DNA from: a virus
Length of the DNA: 64,000 nt
Reading direction: 5' to 3' (one strand)
Virus record (IMG/VR): IMGVR_UViG_3300017912_003659
Location: 301-64,300 of that record
Positions 9,884 to 19,319 of the stretch are shown piece after piece; position 1 is the first letter of the stretch; every line of letters starts with the position of its first letter. The notes beneath the pieces were generated by a model. That model was not told the DNA's origin, searched no databases, and saw nothing but the letters and a program-made list of their open reading frames with translations. Both the position numbers and the translations under genes were made by a program.

Positions 9884-11188
9884 ATGGTTATAGAAACAAG
9901 TTCAAGTTATAAAAGCTTATTACAAAAGATTGCCGGTAAGTCTGTGCCCGCTGTTTTTGTAAGAGATGATAATAGAAATCATCCTGCAGAATCGAGTGTA
10001 ATTGCAGTATCATTATTTATAGATGAAGAAATAGTCGACATAATATACGACCACACAGAATCTTTTTCTGAAGGCTTAGATATAAAATCTCTTTCTTGTG
10101 TTAAAAGATTCTGGGTTGACAATGTAAAAGAATTTTATCATCTAACAAAAATGACAAACGGTTATGATGTAGTGATGTCAGATTATTTAGATAATATTGA
10201 TCACGAAAAAATACAAGAACCACATGTGTTTAATAAAATATATGAAAATAGTTTTGCTCTTAGGAAATCAAATAAAATTGTTCCAATAGTAAAAGTGTTA
10301 GAATATGCTCATGAAAGACTGAATATAATAATTGATAGTGTTCCAGAAAAAGTAACTAAGACATTTATAAAATATAATAATGCTATGTATGAGTTTGCAA
10401 AGTTTGAAAACTCTGGCATGAAAATAATACCAAACTCATTTGGAACAGTATTTAGAAACGGTTACGGATACCCTAATTATAATATGTACACAGCAACAGG
10501 TAGGCCTTCAAACACATTTAGGGGTGTTAACTTTGGTGCACTAAATAAGAATGATAATACAAGAAATAATATAGTTACAAGGTTTGAAAAAGGAATGTTA
10601 GTTGAATTTGATTATGATGCATATCATCTTAGGCTCTTAGCAGAGATGCTTAATTTTGATGTGCCGTTTGATAAGTCTTTACACCAACATCTTGCAGATA
10701 CTGTTTATAAAACAACTTACGAGGAATCTAAAAAAGTTTCTTGGCAAATACTGTACGGAAATGTATCTGTAACTGAAAAAGAAAACCCTTTCTTCTATAC
10801 AATTGAAAAGATGTCTGACGCACTATGGAGGATTTTCAACAGCAATAAATCGTTCAAATCTCATATTTATAGAAGACAATTTGTCTCTGATCAGATTTCT
10901 GATCCGAACAAGAATAAGGTGCTAAATTACTTTATACAATCGTACGAAACAGAGAATAATATTGAGACAATTAAAAAGATTAATAAATATCTTGAGAAGC
11001 GTAGTACACGCATGATGTTATATACGTACGATAGTTTCCTGTTCGATTTAGATAGGACAGAGGGCTTTAAAACAGTACTCCAGATAAAAGAAATTTTGGA
11101 GGATGGAAAATACCCCGTCAAGGTAAAAGCTGGACTAGATTATGGTTCAATGCAAGACATAACGGAGAGGATAAATGAATATAAGTAA
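9884..11188 (+). CDS. divergent family-A DNA polymerase palm/fingers protein
   Basis: 434 aa. TATGRPSNTFRGVNFGALNK (~TGRLSS..PNLQNIP), motif A VEFDYDAYHLRLLAEML (~DYSQIELRvLA), motif B ESKKVSWQILYGN, motif C-like MLYTYDSFLFD; no recognisable 3'-5' exonuclease domain. Confidence 0.65.
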   Translation: MVIETSSSYKSLLQKIAGKSVPAVFVRDDNRNHPAESSVIAVSLFIDEEIVDIIYDHTESFSEGLDIKSLSCVKRFWVDNVKEFYHLTKMTNGYDVVMSDYLDNIDHEKIQEPHVFNKIYENSFALRKSNKIVPIVKVLEYAHERLNIIIDSVPEKVTKTFIKYNNAMYEFAKFENSGMKIIPNSFGTVFRNGYGYPNYNMYTATGRPSNTFRGVNFGALNKNDNTRNNIVTRFEKGMLVEFDYDAYHLRLLAEMLNFDVPFDKSLHQHLADTVYKTTYEESKKVSWQILYGNVSVTEKENPFFYTIEKMSDALWRIFNSNKSFKSHIYRRQFVSDQISDPNKNKVLNYFIQSYETENNIETIKKINKYLEKRSTRMMLYTYDSFLFDLDRTEGFKTVLQIKEILEDGKYPVKVKAGLDYGSMQDITERINEYK

Positions 11189-13196
11189 AGTTATAAATGA
11201 TGTCGTAGATACAGTATCTTATAAGACATCAAACGGAATGGTCGATGTAAAAGACCCATATCACTTATATCTATTAAAAGAAGAATTTGAAAAATGGCTA
11301 GATCCAGATCTAGTCTATTCAGCTTTATTTGAGGCTGAAAAAGATGCTGAGCCACCGTTAGATGATAAAGAAAAAGAAAAAGCTAAAAAGATGGGGCTTA
11401 TATGGAAGGGAAAAGGTTATGGTAAAGAAAATGAAGACGGAATATCTTTTAAAAATCAGGGTGGAAAATTAGTTAAGATTGAAAAAGAAAAAGAGAAACA
11501 AAAAGATGACCCTCAAAAGCTGACTGCAAAAGACTTGACGTCAAAGACAGGTGAACCTGAAAAGCAAGAGTTTAATAATAAAGAAAAATCATATCACGAA
11601 AAACTATCATCTGGGCTACAAAGTGAAGTCGAGTACATGGAGTTTGAAAATGATGCTGATAAACAATCTTTTATACAGGCTGTTCAAAAGCTAGGTGACG
11701 ATCCAAACACACTGACAAAAGATGATATTGAAATAATAAATAAACATGCAAGAATTTCAGACGGTGCAGGATTTAAATTATACACTGCTAGAAAACTTGG
11801 AGACTTTAGCAAGGGAAGAGGAAAAATTGTTTTGACATCAGGATCTAAAAGTCAAGCTGCTCGTGACTACTTAGATAAACTTGAAAAGCTAGGTATAAAA
11901 ACAACACCTGCTGCAACAGTAAAAGGCTCACAAGAGGCTTCAAAATTTAAAGCAAAAGATTTAACAGCAGGTAGGCTGTCAAACTCTAGAGTTAGAAAAG
12001 AAGATGTTACAAGTACAGAAAATTCTGTAACTGTTGGAAAAACAACACTAACAAAGTCTGAAATAACTAGCGATATGGATAGCAGAGAGCGTGCATCTGC
12101 AGAAAGAAAAAATGCATTCATAGACAAAATTAAACAAACAGACTCTATTGAATTTGTAGAGACAATTGAAGGTGCTGATGAATCTACGAAAGAAGGAAGA
12201 GATAAGATTTGTAGAGAATATCCAGAAGAGATTGCAAAATTTATTAAAAATTCACTAGGTGATAATGTAACACCTGAAGAGCAGTCAATAATAGATCAGG
12301 CTGCAGCATTAGGAAAAATAGATGATCCAGAAGAATATGAGAAAGCTGCTTTAAAAATTATTAATGATATGGATCAAGTTCCAACGATTAGAAAAGGAGC
12401 AGCAGATCTCACAGAATCTATAGTTTATCTTGTATTGAATAAAAGAGGAATACCCACAAAACTACCTGCAGGAGAGACATTTAAAGTTTCAGACTTAATA
12501 TCTTTTCCTCCTGACAATGTAGATAACATTGCACCGCAGTCTATTGTAAACTTAACAAAAGAAGGTGGTGTTAGTGTTAAAATGAAAGGTGGCGCACCAA
12601 GCGGTGGTGAAGAAAAAATTAAACAATCTAAATTTAAAAACAAAGAAACACAAGAAAAATTACTTACAATTGTTGATAATCACAACAAATTCTTTTCAAC
12701 TGGAGGTGGCTTGACACCAGAAGATATTGAAGAAGGAGATAAAAGTAATAGAGAAATAGAGGCATGGGCAAGAAGTCAAGGAATAATAAAAGAAGGTGAA
12801 GAGATTAAAACAAGAAAAGGTAAGACGCCTGAAGAATGGGCAGAAGAAACTGTTACTTTATGGGAGTCTAAAGGCAAATTAAGAAATTTGACACCAGAAG
12901 AAAGAGAAATGTATGTAAAAGGCTTGGCAGGCTATTGTAGAGGCGGTTTACTTATGGAAAAAATCTATAACAGTGATCTAGACTCACAAGAATTTGGAAA
13001 TGTAAATTTAAAAACTTTTAAATCAAAAGATGCAGAGCTAGAAATAAGTGATGGTGTTGAAAGTGCTTCTTTAATGTATTTTGTAATGAACCCTGGATTT
13101 AAGTTTAAAGAGTTTAAGCTTCAACAGCCAACTGCAGTTTATGCAGGAAAATTAGTTCATGCAGACTATGATAGAGAAAGTGGAAAATTTAAGTGA
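11175..13196 (+). CDS. hypothetical protein, large hydrophilic, Lys/Glu-rich
   Basis: 673 aa ORF, good context and overlap with neighbours; KKMGLIWKGKGYGKENEDGISFKNQGGKLVKI segment. Confidence 0.5.
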   Translation: MNISKVINDVVDTVSYKTSNGMVDVKDPYHLYLLKEEFEKWLDPDLVYSALFEAEKDAEPPLDDKEKEKAKKMGLIWKGKGYGKENEDGISFKNQGGKLVKIEKEKEKQKDDPQKLTAKDLTSKTGEPEKQEFNNKEKSYHEKLSSGLQSEVEYMEFENDADKQSFIQAVQKLGDDPNTLTKDDIEIINKHARISDGAGFKLYTARKLGDFSKGRGKIVLTSGSKSQAARDYLDKLEKLGIKTTPAATVKGSQEASKFKAKDLTAGRLSNSRVRKEDVTSTENSVTVGKTTLTKSEITSDMDSRERASAERKNAFIDKIKQTDSIEFVETIEGADESTKEGRDKICREYPEEIAKFIKNSLGDNVTPEEQSIIDQAAALGKIDDPEEYEKAALKIINDMDQVPTIRKGAADLTESIVYLVLNKRGIPTKLPAGETFKVSDLISFPPDNVDNIAPQSIVNLTKEGGVSVKMKGGAPSGGEEKIKQSKFKNKETQEKLLTIVDNHNKFFSTGGGLTPEDIEEGDKSNREIEAWARSQGIIKEGEEIKTRKGKTPEEWAEETVTLWESKGKLRNLTPEEREMYVKGLAGYCRGGLLMEKIYNSDLDSQEFGNVNLKTFKSKDAELEISDGVESASLMYFVMNPGFKFKEFKLQQPTAVYAGKLVHADYDRESGKFK

Positions 13197-13588
13197 TAAA
13201 ATTAAAGGACATATTGATGGAAGAAAAAGTTATGGATACAGCTGGAATAATATTAAGAGATCCAGTTGCAGGTGTTGTTTTATGCAAAGACACAGAAAAG
13301 TGGAGTATTCCAAAGGGTAAAGTGGAGCTCGGTGAAAGCCCTATTGACGCTGCATGCAGAGAAACAATAGAAGAAACTTCTATATTAGTAGCAAAAGAGG
13401 GATCAAATATTAACAGTCCTGTAGAATTAAAAGCCACATTAAAGAACTCAAGAGGCGGAAAATTCTATATTTATGAAAGCAAAATGAAAATGGCTATTTT
13501 ACCAAAGAAAAGCTTAGAGCACGAAGATGTGCGTTGGTTTACTGAATTACCAGAAAACACAGATCCACGAATAAAGGGGATAATTTAA
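13193..13588 (+). CDS. Nudix hydrolase
   Basis: Nudix box GKVELGESPIDAACRETIEETSI (GX5EX7REXXEEXX). Confidence 0.9.
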   Translation: MIKLKDILMEEKVMDTAGIILRDPVAGVVLCKDTEKWSIPKGKVELGESPIDAACRETIEETSILVAKEGSNINSPVELKATLKNSRGGKFYIYESKMKMAILPKKSLEHEDVRWFTELPENTDPRIKGII

Positions 13589-13977
13589 TGAAGACACAAT
13601 TATTATGCACTTTCTGCTCTAAAAGAGAACTTGATGACAGTGTTGAGCTAATTAAGCTAGGAGCGTCAATAGTTTTTGATAAAATATATGTATTTGAGAA
13701 TATTGAGCAGCCAGAATCTCTAATTTGCACTTATAATGTCGAAAAAACAGAAGATTTTGTACAAAATTCAAAAACTATGGCAATACACAGAAAAAAAGAG
13801 ACAAATACACTGTATACGATCAATGCTTTGAACGAAGCTATAAGAAAAGACAATAATGGTGTGTTAGATAAGAAATTTTCACTTGATTGGCCGCAATACA
13901 GAAATAGTTTGCTGCTAACGAACGATCAAGGGCTAAATGTTGTGAGGACAAAGTTATTTAAAATAATAAATGTATAG
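13588..13977 (+). CDS. hypothetical protein
   Basis: 129 aa ORF, start overlaps the Nudix stop. Confidence 0.5.
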   Translation: MKTQLLCTFCSKRELDDSVELIKLGASIVFDKIYVFENIEQPESLICTYNVEKTEDFVQNSKTMAIHRKKETNTLYTINALNEAIRKDNNGVLDKKFSLDWPQYRNSLLLTNDQGLNVVRTKLFKIINV

Positions 13978-13987
13978 GTGGCTCGGT

Positions 13988-14863
13988 ATGAGAATAATTG
14001 TTACAGGAGGTGCCGGATTTATAGGCACAAATTTAATAAAAGAACTAGTAAAAAATGAACATCACGAAGTTGTATCAATAGACAATTATAATACAGGGTT
14101 AAAATCAAATGAGCAAGAAGGCTGCATGTATTTTACTGGAGATATTTCAGAAATAAAAGATTTTGGACTAACTAGTGATGTTCCTGATCTTATATTTCAT
14201 ATTGGCGCACGTGCAAGAATACAGCCTTCATTTAAAGATCCGCAATCGTCATTTGAGTCTAATGTTTTAGGGACACAAAATGTATTAGACTATGCAAGAA
14301 TAAACAATGTCCCAGTCGTGTATGCTGGTTCTTCGTCTGCACACGGTGATTTACACGCAAATCCATACACTTTTACAAAGTGGCAAGGTGAACAAATATG
14401 TGAATTGTATTATAAAGTATTCAATCAACGTGTTGCTATATGTAGATTTTATAATGTTTATGGACCTCATCAAGCTACTGAAGGTGACTATTGTAATGTC
14501 TTGGGCATTTTTGAGAGACAGTGGAAGAACAATCAACCACTTACAGTCACAGGTGATGGAGAACAGAGAAGAGACTTTACACATGTCCAAGATATTGTGC
14601 AAGGACTTATGAGATGCGGTTACAGACTGTGCGAAGACTTGCCTGATGAAGTCAGTGGTGAGATATTCGAATTAGGAAGAGGAGTGAATTATTCTATAAA
14701 TGAATTAGTAGATGCATTCGGAGAGATGGATGTAGAATATTTACCCGCTTATCCTGGAGAGATGAGAGTAACATTAAATACAGATACAAAAGCTCAAAAG
14801 GTTTTAGGTTGGGAGCCAGAGCATGACATAATAGACTATATTAAAAACACATTTAAGAGATAA
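13988..14863 (+). CDS. NAD-dependent sugar epimerase/dehydratase (extended SDR)
   Basis: MRIIVTGGAGFIGTNLIKELVK Rossmann motif, YTFTK (YxxxK), RFYNVYGPHQ, GDGEQRRDFTHVQDIV; track start 13970 likely over-extended. Confidence 0.9.
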   Translation: MRIIVTGGAGFIGTNLIKELVKNEHHEVVSIDNYNTGLKSNEQEGCMYFTGDISEIKDFGLTSDVPDLIFHIGARARIQPSFKDPQSSFESNVLGTQNVLDYARINNVPVVYAGSSSAHGDLHANPYTFTKWQGEQICELYYKVFNQRVAICRFYNVYGPHQATEGDYCNVLGIFERQWKNNQPLTVTGDGEQRRDFTHVQDIVQGLMRCGYRLCEDLPDEVSGEIFELGRGVNYSINELVDAFGEMDVEYLPAYPGEMRVTLNTDTKAQKVLGWEPEHDIIDYIKNTFKR

Positions 14864-14867
14864 TTGT

Positions 14868-15683
14868 ATGGAACCAAATGAATATAGAAAATGGATAAAA
14901 TCACAATCAGCTGATGTACAGAAACAAGCAAGCAGATATAAAGGTTATAACAAAAATTGGTTTGACTGTTGGTGGAATAAAATTTCATATGACATAAAGC
15001 AAAGATTACCAAAGAATACAATAATGAAGAGGTCTCCCTCATCTTATGCAGGGTATGTTCTAAAAAGAATATTTCCAAAAGCAAAAACAATCTTAGCTAT
15101 AGGTTGTAGAAACGATTTTGAAATAAAGTGTCTAGAAGCACACGGTTTTAACGCAAGAGGCTGCGAAATCTTTCCAGTTGATTCAGAGAAGATAGATGTT
15201 GTTGATGCTCATAATATTGTAGACTATTATGGAGAAAATTCTTTTGATTTAATATATTCATCACACTCATTAGAACACTGTGCTGACGCAAGATTAGTTT
15301 TAAGAGAAATTAAAAACATATCTAAGATGGGAGGATGGATTGCTTTGCCGTACGGTAACTCAACAGGCGGCTTTCATCCTAGTCTGTTACAGGTAATGAC
15401 GAAAAAAGGTTTTAATCCTATTATAGCAGCAGAAAGAGGAAAGCAAAAACTTGTAGATAATATGATGATAGACTTCGATGAAATGTGGGGAAAATATCAG
15501 ATAAAATATTGGAAAGCTAGCACAAATTTTAATCCAGAGGAATTCGCTTTCTGTTTTAGCTTTTTAAAAAAAGGAAAAGTATGGGATGACGAATCGCTAA
15601 AAATAGAAAAGTTTGATGACAGTGACAAAAAGTGGTTAAGGCAGAGCAATATATTAAACTGGAAAAAACCAGTTAAAGGATAA
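14868..15683 (+). CDS. SAM-dependent methyltransferase (class I-like)
   Basis: TILAIGCRNDFEIKCLEAHGFNARGCEIFP and FDLIYSSHSLEHCADARLVLREI motifs. Confidence 0.7.
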   Translation: MEPNEYRKWIKSQSADVQKQASRYKGYNKNWFDCWWNKISYDIKQRLPKNTIMKRSPSSYAGYVLKRIFPKAKTILAIGCRNDFEIKCLEAHGFNARGCEIFPVDSEKIDVVDAHNIVDYYGENSFDLIYSSHSLEHCADARLVLREIKNISKMGGWIALPYGNSTGGFHPSLLQVMTKKGFNPIIAAERGKQKLVDNMMIDFDEMWGKYQIKYWKASTNFNPEEFAFCFSFLKKGKVWDDESLKIEKFDDSDKKWLRQSNILNWKKPVKG

Positions 15684-15699
15684 TTATTAGTATATTAAC

Positions 15700-16305
15700 T
15701 TGGAGTTTATAATGAAAAAATTTGACTGGAAACCGAAAAAAGGATCTTTTAGAACTATTCAAGAGAGCTATATTAAAAGACAAGTTCTAAAAGAAGAGGC
15801 ATCTCCTGAACAAATTGCAATGTCTAAAAAGTTCAGATTTAATGCTGAACCTGAAGAGATTGATATTTCTTGGATAAAAAAGAATAATATGGAAAAAGTA
15901 TGGAGCAGAAAATCACCTGCACCAGAAATAATGAAGATAGCAAAAGCATATTCAGACAAAATTAAAAAAGCTGGAGGAATACCTACAGCAGGTAGCAGTA
16001 ACATAACTCCTGAAGATATGAAAAAAGTAGCAAAAATTGAGAATGAGATGAAATCACTTTACAGAGGATGGGAAGGTAGAGGCGGAATGTACTATTGGAC
16101 AAACAAAGGTGGAACTGCAAGATGGGAACCAAAGTATGATGATTTTGTTGATGTACAAGACATAGCTGCACAGAAAGAAATTCATATTGACAATAAGACT
16201 GGAAAAATTAATATTAAAGGTGGCGGTATGGGAGGCTTTCCGTTTCCAGCTGCAAATCCTGAAATAAATGACGAAGGCGGCGGATTCGGATACCAAGAAA
16301 TGTAA
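15700..16305 (+). CDS. hypothetical protein
   Basis: 201 aa ORF upstream of terminator. Confidence 0.45.
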   Translation: MEFIMKKFDWKPKKGSFRTIQESYIKRQVLKEEASPEQIAMSKKFRFNAEPEEIDISWIKKNNMEKVWSRKSPAPEIMKIAKAYSDKIKKAGGIPTAGSSNITPEDMKKVAKIENEMKSLYRGWEGRGGMYYWTNKGGTARWEPKYDDFVDVQDIAAQKEIHIDNKTGKINIKGGGMGGFPFPAANPEINDEGGGFGYQEM

Positions 16306-16309
16306 AATT

Positions 16310-16337
16310 AAAGCTCCATATTTTTGGAGCTTTTATA
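16310..16337 (+). terminator. rho-independent terminator
   Basis: AAAGCTCC(16310-16317)/GGAGCTTT(16326-16333) followed by TTATATT. Confidence 0.75.
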
Positions 16338-16392
16338 TTAAAAAATAAAAATTAAAATAATATATATAAAACTAACTTTTGAGCTTTTAGCT

Positions 16393-16405
16393 CTATATAT
16401 ATTAA
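16393..16405 (+). promoter_or_regulatory. putative promoter element CTATATATATTAA upstream of SSB gene
   Basis: AT box in 130-nt intergenic upstream of the gp32-like gene; matches boxes at 9866 and 52882. Confidence 0.35.
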
Positions 16406-16438
16406 AGGATTAACTAATAACAAATAAACTAAGGAGAA

Positions 16439-17191
16439 ATGGTAATGGATTTATCTGTAATTAAGAATAGGTTATCTGAACTACAAACTTCCAACCAAAG
16501 AACATCAAATCTTTGGAAACCCTCACCTGGTAAAACTCAAATAAGAATCGTACCTTATAAATTTAATAAGGACAATCCGTTTATTGAGTTGTATTTTCAC
16601 TATGACATGGGCGAAAAGAACTATCTTTCACCTATCTCATTTGGAAGACCAGACCCAATTGAGGAATTTGCCACCAAGCTTAAGACTTCTGGCAATAAAG
16701 AAGACTACAAGCTAGGTAAAAAGATCGAAGCTAAGATGCGTACTTTTGCACCTGTTATTGTAAGAGGTGAAGAGAATGAAGGCGTAAAATTCTGGGGCTT
16801 CGGTAAAATGGTCTATCAAGAACTTCTTTCTGTAATCGCTGATCCTGACTATGGTGATATTACAGACCCTGTAAATGGTCGTGATATTGTTGTAGAGTTC
16901 AAGACTAGTGAAGAGACAGGACGTTCTTTCCCGATGACCACGATTCGTGTTAAACCGAATCAAACACCAATGACAGAAAACGCTGATGTGTTGAACACAA
17001 TCAAAGAAACACAAAAGAACATCACAGACATCTACAGAGAGATGGAATATGATGATCTTCAAAAGGCTCTTGAAGGTTGGTTAAGCCAAGAAGGTGATGA
17101 CGAAGTAGAAGTCACCGATCCTGCAAAGGAATCTAAACCAGCTGCAGTCGAAGATGTGTCAGCTGCTTTTGACGATCTATTTAATTCATAA
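16439..17191 (+). CDS. 32: T4 gp32-like single-stranded DNA-binding protein
   Basis: 250 aa; NLWKPSPGKTQIRIVPYKFNKDNPFIELYFHY..; acidic C-term DVSAAFDDLFNS; directly upstream of uvsX-like. Confidence 0.8.
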   Translation: MVMDLSVIKNRLSELQTSNQRTSNLWKPSPGKTQIRIVPYKFNKDNPFIELYFHYDMGEKNYLSPISFGRPDPIEEFATKLKTSGNKEDYKLGKKIEAKMRTFAPVIVRGEENEGVKFWGFGKMVYQELLSVIADPDYGDITDPVNGRDIVVEFKTSEETGRSFPMTTIRVKPNQTPMTENADVLNTIKETQKNITDIYREMEYDDLQKALEGWLSQEGDDEVEVTDPAKESKPAAVEDVSAAFDDLFNS

Positions 17192-17206
17192 AAATAGGAG
17201 AAAGTT

Positions 17207-18313
17207 ATGAGCGAGAGACGTGATGTCCTTGCTAGTGAGCTAGCAGATAGTCTAAACTCCAAGATCAAAGGACAAAAAGTTGCTTTTTTCTTGGATGGAT
17301 CCGATGATACACCGACAGATATTAATGACTTTATATCTACAGGATCATCTTTACTTGACTTGGCAATATCAAACAGACCGAATGGTGGAATAGCAGTGGG
17401 AAGAATAACCGAAATTAACGGTTTACAAGCTTCTGGAAAATCATTGCTTGGTGCACATATTCTTGCTGAGACACAGAAAAAAGGTGGTATTGGTATCTAT
17501 ATTGATACAGAAACTTCTGTAAGTAAGGAGTTTTTAGATGCAATTGGTGCTGATACACAGAATATCCTGTATCTTCACATGGAAACTGTTGAAGATATAT
17601 TCCAAGGCATTGAAGACATTGTGACTAAAGTAAGAGAAACTAACAAAGACAAACATGTAACAATACTTGTTGACAGTCTTGCAGCAGCTTCTACTAAAGT
17701 CGAGATGTCGTCTGATTATGATAAAGATGGATGGGCTACTTCAAAAGCTATTATTATCTCTAAAGCTATGAGAAAGATTACACAAATGATAGGTAGACAT
17801 AAAATTAGTTTGGTGTTTACAAATCAGTTGCGTCAAAAGATGGGTGTTATGTTTGGTGATCCTTACACAACAAGTGGTGGATTGGCATTGCCATTTCATG
17901 CTTCAACAAGGATTAGACTTCAAAATATGGGTATGATTAAAGACAAAGATGGTGAAGTTATCGGACATAAATGCCGTGCAAAAATAGTTAAAAATAGAAT
18001 AGGACCGCCACTAAGGACATCTGATTATGAAATGTATTTCGATAGAGGAATCGATGATGAAGGTGGATGGCTGCAAACTTTAAAAAACTTAAAGATTGCA
18101 CAAACAGCAGGTGCGTGGTACACTATTGACTATGACGGCAAGCCCATAAAGTTCTTATCAAAAGACTTTAAAGATAAACTTGCAGAAAATGAAGGGCTCA
18201 AAGACTATTTGTATGAAAAAATATGTGAAGCTAGCATTCTGACTTATGAAGACAAACGAGGCATTGATGATGTCGAGTTTACAGACGAAGTTGTGGATGG
18301 TGACCTTGCGTAA
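17207..18313 (+). CDS. uvsX: UvsX/RecA-like recombinase
   Basis: Walker A GLQASGKSLLG, GIYIDTETSVSKEFLDAIGAD, TILVDSLAA, VFTNQLRQKMGVMFGDPYTTSGGLALPFHASTRIR. Confidence 0.9.
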   Translation: MSERRDVLASELADSLNSKIKGQKVAFFLDGSDDTPTDINDFISTGSSLLDLAISNRPNGGIAVGRITEINGLQASGKSLLGAHILAETQKKGGIGIYIDTETSVSKEFLDAIGADTQNILYLHMETVEDIFQGIEDIVTKVRETNKDKHVTILVDSLAAASTKVEMSSDYDKDGWATSKAIIISKAMRKITQMIGRHKISLVFTNQLRQKMGVMFGDPYTTSGGLALPFHASTRIRLQNMGMIKDKDGEVIGHKCRAKIVKNRIGPPLRTSDYEMYFDRGIDDEGGWLQTLKNLKIAQTAGAWYTIDYDGKPIKFLSKDFKDKLAENEGLKDYLYEKICEASILTYEDKRGIDDVEFTDEVVDGDLA

Positions 18314-19319
18314 AAGATACAGAGAAATATTATCTGATATAGGAAAACAAGTTTCCACAGAGCAAGGGTTAAACGAACACGTCCTGATAATTGACGGCTT
18401 AAACAATTTTATCAGGACGTGGGCCGTCTCACCAGCAACAAATGCAGATGGACAACACATCGGTGGCATTGTTGGATTCTTACAAACAATTGGTTTGGCA
18501 ATAAGGACAATAATGCCTACAAGAGTTATCATAGCTTTCGACGGAAAAGGTGGATCAGCAAGACGAAAGAAAATTTTCCCAGAGTACAAAGCAGGTAGAA
18601 AACCCTTAAAAAGACCGAACAGAGTCGAAGGGTTGACAGATGAAAGTGAAGCTGAGAACATGCGCAGGCAGTTTAGACGCTTAGTTGAGTATCTAGACTG
18701 TCTGCCGGTTACAGTAATTACAATGGAAAATATAGAGGCTGATGACACAATAGCATACATTTCAAAACAAGTTTTAAAAAATTCAAAAGTAACAATAATG
18801 TCAACTGACAAAGATTTCTATCAAATTATAAATGATAGAATTTCTGTATGGTCACCAACGAAAAAAGTTATTTATGACAGAAAAAGATTAGAAGAAGAAT
18901 TTGAAATACTGGCAGAAAATTTTGTCTACTACAGAATAATTGATGGTGACAAATCTGATAATATTTCAGGAGTCAGGGGTTTAGGATTAAAGACTATAAG
19001 AAAAAAATTCCCACTTTTGGTTGACACGAAGATAGTTAATATTGATGACTTTTTAAATGTTACACAATTAATAGAACACAAAGACATATTGTTACGAAAC
19101 TACAGACTAATGCAGTTACATAATGTTGATATTCCTGGAAATGCAAAACTTTCTATTGTTGACCAGGTTAGAGAAGGATCTTCAAGACTTGTGAAATATA
19201 AGCTTCATAAAATGTTTTTAGAGGACACAATTGACCACGCTATCAGAAATCCTGATGTTTGGCTTCAAACGTGTTTTAACCAATTAGAATTAATACTAAA
19301 TAATGCCACCAATAAATGA
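18297..19319 (+). CDS. rnh: FEN-family 5'-3' exonuclease/RNase H (T4 rnh-like)
   Basis: LIIDGLNNFIR, VIIAFDGKGGSARRKKIFPEYKAGRK, ENIEADDTIAYI, MSTDKDFYQII, GDKSDNISGVRGLGLKT; track start is 18246, ATG 18297 more plausible given overlap with uvsX. Confidence 0.85.
   Translation: MVTLRKRYREILSDIGKQVSTEQGLNEHVLIIDGLNNFIRTWAVSPATNADGQHIGGIVGFLQTIGLAIRTIMPTRVIIAFDGKGGSARRKKIFPEYKAGRKPLKRPNRVEGLTDESEAENMRRQFRRLVEYLDCLPVTVITMENIEADDTIAYISKQVLKNSKVTIMSTDKDFYQIINDRISVWSPTKKVIYDRKRLEEEFEILAENFVYYRIIDGDKSDNISGVRGLGLKTIRKKFPLLVDTKIVNIDDFLNVTQLIEHKDILLRNYRLMQLHNVDIPGNAKLSIVDQVREGSSRLVKYKLHKMFLEDTIDHAIRNPDVWLQTCFNQLELILNNATNK

Noticed and set aside
16379-16395. GAGC-TTTTA-GCTC inverted repeat upstream of the SSB gene
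   Set aside because: Only a 4-bp stem; could be chance. The stronger terminator is at 16310-16337.
18158-18811. 217 aa minus-strand ORF opposite uvsX/rnh
   Set aside because: Antisense to two strongly supported conserved genes; Phe/Ser/Cys-rich composition typical of antisense reading.
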